This document shows, piece after piece, positions 60,914 through 64,000 of a stretch of 64,000 bases of DNA; position 1 is the first letter of the stretch, and each line of letters starts with the position of its first letter. The stretch covers positions 124,001 to 188,000 of the forward strand of contig QPMI01000524.1 of the NCBI GenBank assembly GCA_004431415.1. The letters run 5' to 3'. Made by a program: the position numbers and the translations under genes. Source of the stretch: Cyanophora paradoxa CCMP329 (Eukaryota > Plantae > Glaucophyta). The notes below the pieces were generated by a model. It had not been told where the DNA came from, did no database searches, and saw only the letters and a program-made list of their open reading frames with translations.

Positions 60914-62749
60914 ACAAGATCCGTGCTCCTGCGGAGCACTAAGTACGGCGAAGCCTCGCGGACGCCCTCGCGGCTGTCACAGTAGGCCTATAGGGCACTG
61001 GCCAGCGGCCTGGCCGATCGCGAACAGCTTTCTGGCTGGAAGCTGGCTGGCTGACGGCCAGTCCAGCTAGCGCTGGCCGGCTAGAGGAATATTAATGTAC
61101 TGAGGAAATAAAGGGTGGAGCAGATTGAGAGGAGATTAATTATATAATATTGTTGGGAAGGAGGCCCGGGAGGGGCGAGGTTCTCGCGGCCAGGCGCATG
61201 CACAGATCTCGCGAATCGCTTAAACAGAATCTCGAATGCATATAGCATCGATGTGTAGGCTTGCGGAGGCGAGGGCGCGCGGAAAGATGTGCAGGCGTGG
61301 CCAGGATCGAATTTTTGCGTCGGCTGGATTGCCGCGCCCTGTTGCGTCCGCAGAGCTTGCGAAAGGCTTTTAAAACATCTCTGATGAATATTGTAGCGAT
61401 GCCCGTGCGTGAGGATGCGAGGGCGCGCGGAAAGATGTGCAGGTCCGTCCAGGATCGAATTTTCGGGGTCGGCTGGGTCCTCGCGGCCCGGCGCACCTGC
61501 AAAGCGTGCGGAAAGCTTCTTCTACATCTCAAATGCTTATGCTATTGTTCCGCGCATGCGCCGCGGCGTGGGCGCGCGGAAAGATGTCCGGGGCTGTGCA
61601 GGATCGAATTTTTGCCGTCGGCTGGGTTCTCGTGCTGTTTCGCGTCCTCCGAGCTCGCGAAAAGCTTTGAAAATATCTCGAATGAATACTGTAGCGATGT
61701 CCTTGCGTGAGGATGCGAGGGCGCGCGGAAAGATGTGCAGGTCCGTCCAGGATCGAATTTTCGGGGTCGGCTGGGTCCTCGCGGCCCGGCGCACCTGCAA
61801 AGCGTGCGGAAAGCTTCTTCTACATCTCAAATGCTTATGCTATTGTTCCGCGCATGCGCCGCGGCGTGGGCGCGCGGAAAGATGTCCGGGCCCGTGCAGG
61901 TTCGAATTTTTGCTGCCGGCTGGGTTCTCGTGCCCTGTCGCGCCTGCAGAGCTTGCGAAAAGCTTTAAAAAGAAGTCAACTGAAAATTGTAGCGATGCGC
62001 TCGCGTGAGGATGCGAGGGCGCGCGGAAAGTTGTGCAGGTCCGTCCAGGATCGAATTTTCGGGGTGGGCTGGGTCCTCGCGGCCCGGCGCACCTGCAAAG
62101 CGTGCGGAAAGCTTCTTCTACATCTCAGATGGTTATGCTATTGTTCCGCGCATGCGCCGCGGCGTGGGCGCGCGGAAAGATGTCCGGGGCTGTGCAGGAT
62201 CGAATTTTTGCCGTCGGGTACCTTCCTGCGCTGTTCGGCATCCGAAAAGCGGATTTCGGGGGTGCGCAGGCCCTGCTATGTCTATGCGCGCCGGTACGCA
62301 TCGATTGCGCGCGTCGCGGGACCGGGCGGGACCGGCCGGATCAAATGTTCGGCCGATTCTTCGGACTGGAGAATCGAGGGCGCCCGAAATCGAGCTTGCG
62401 GCGATGCGCTCGCCCTCGCCCGTCATTCTGTATCGTTCTGGGGCGTCCCTGGCGCGATTTCGTCGCGGGACCGGGCGGGACCGGGTCCCACGTCCTGACT
62501 TGGACTGCATTTGTCGGAGGTTAAGTACCGGAATTGATTCAGAGGGAAATTCGATTTTCGCGGGACGCCTACGGGAGAGCGGTCGTCTTAGGGGAGCCAC
62601 GACGCTAAAAATGGATCTAGAGAGGTTTGTGGGGGTTCGGGTGGGTGTGTTACCAGCAGCAATCGCGTCCGTGTCGAGGCAGAATTAATAATTCTGGCTC
62701 GAGGGAGTGCGACACGGAAATTATTTGGCACGGGGGATCTCGAGTGGAA
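60914..62749 (-). mobile_element. 1836-bp repeat unit 1, putative non-autonomous Helitron/Helentron-like element with an internal 149-bp array
   Basis: Repeated head-to-tail from 62750. The shared boundary on the minus strand is hairpin GTGCTCC-GCA-GGAGCAC followed by GGATCTTG|T. Internal tandem array. The repeat is certain; the class is inferred. Confidence 0.6.
61170..62250. repeat. 149-bp monomer array with A/B alternation (298-bp higher-order unit)
   Basis: GGGCGCGCGGAAAG at 61273, 61421, 61570, 61719, 61868, 62017 and 62166. Alternate monomers are nearly identical. Confidence 0.95.
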
Positions 62750-64000
62750 ACAAGATCCGTGCTCCTGCGGAGCACTAAGTACGGCGAAGCCTCGCGGACG
62801 CCCTCGCGGCTGTCACAGTAGGCCTATAGGGCACTGGCCAGCGGCCTGGCCGATCGCGAACAGCTTTCTGGCTGGATCCGGAAGCTGGCTGGCTGACGGC
62901 CAGTACTTGTCCAGCGCTGGCCGGCTAGAGGAATATAACTAGAGGAATATTAATGTACTGAGGAAATAAAGGGATGCCGGAGCAAGTTGAGAGGAGATGA
63001 ATTATATAATATTGTTGAGAGGGAGGCCCGGGAGGGGCGAGATTCTCAAGGCCAGACGCATGCACAGAGCTTGCGAATCGCTTAAACAGAATCTTGAATG
63101 CATATAGCATCGATGTGCGGGGCTGCGGAGGCGAGGGCACGCGGAAAGCTTTGCAGGCCTGGCCAGGATCGAATTTTCGGGGTCGGCTGGATTCTCGCGC
63201 CCTGTCGCATCTTTATGCGCATCTTTAGAGTTCGCGATTCAGCTGGATTCATCTTTTATTTCGGGGTCGGCTGGATTCATGCGCATCTTTAGAGTTCGCG
63301 AAAAGCTTAAGAAAGATCTCAAATTACTAGTGTAGGGATGCGCACGCGTGAGGATGCGAGGGCGCGCGGAAAGCTGTGCAGGTCCGTCCAGGATCGAATT
63401 TTCGGCGTCGGCTGGGTCCTCGCGGCCCGGCACATCTGCAATGCGTGCGGAAGGCTTTGTCTACATCTGAAATGCTTATCATATTGTTCCGCGCATGCGC
63501 CGCGGCGTTGGCGCACGGAAAGATGTCCGGGTCTGTTCAGAATCGATTTTTTGCCGTCGGCTGGGTTCTCGTGCTCTTCCGCGTCTTCAAAGCTTGTGGA
63601 AGGCTTCAATAAAATGTGAAATGAATATTGTAGCGATGCGCATGCGCGAGGATGCGAGGGCGCAAGAACAGGTCTTCAGGTCTGTAGAGGATCGAATTTT
63701 CGGGGTCGGCTGGGTCCTCGTGGCCCGGCGCATTTAGAGACCGTGCAAAAGGCTTCTCCTACATCTCAAATGCTTATGCTATCGATCCGCGCATGCGCCG
63801 CGGCGTCGGCGCGCGGAAAGTTGCCCGGGACTGTGCAGGATCGATTTTTTGCCGTCGGGAGCCTTCCTGCGCTGCTCTGGCTCCGAAAAGCGGATTTCGG
63901 GGGTGCGCAGGCCCTGCTATGTCTATGCGCGCCGGTACGCATCGATTGCGCGCGTCGCGGGACCGGGCGGGACCGGCCGGATCAAATGTTCGGCCGATTC
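62750..64000 (-). mobile_element. Repeat unit 2 (runs off the window), with fewer and more diverged 149-bp monomers
   Basis: 62750-62875 matches 60914-61038, and 63885-64000 matches ~62245-62358. Monomers at ~63134, 63360, 63509, 63658 and 63807. Confidence 0.6.

Noticed and set aside
61140-63737. Repeated Cys/Arg-rich ORFs in the ORF track
   Set aside because: They are translations of the 149/298-bp array, open in several frames and on both strands, with no frame conservation.

Overview
Eukaryotic nuclear DNA from a GC-rich, intron-dense unicellular organism. TTLL9 implies a flagellate; plant-like snRNA promoters and an mTERF gene suggest an alga (inference). Most six-frame ORFs are GC artefacts, and real genes are split by short (~50-100 nt) introns, many with GC donors. 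From left to right: the 3' end of a single-pass membrane protein gene; two convergent U2 snRNA genes inside ~0.7-kb inverted arms that enclose an inverted copy of part of a gene 19 kb away plus a 40-bp minisatellite; TTLL9 (-); a FAM135-like DUF676 hydrolase (+); a GPATCH4-like G-patch protein (-); a small acidic protein (+); a long mTERF-repeat gene ending in three DUF4379-like zinc ribbons (+); a 5.4-kb Ginger2/TDD-type DNA transposon (perfect 145-bp TIRs, TGT..ACA ends, GCCCT TSD) with a core-deleted integrase-like transposase and a convergent spliced cargo gene; a TPR-like gene (+); a ~17-kb lower-GC giant surface-receptor gene; and a repeat-rich right end with tandem 1.84-kb Helitron/Helentron-like units carrying 149/298-bp higher-order arrays. 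Exon boundaries were read by eye, and several gene starts are approximate.
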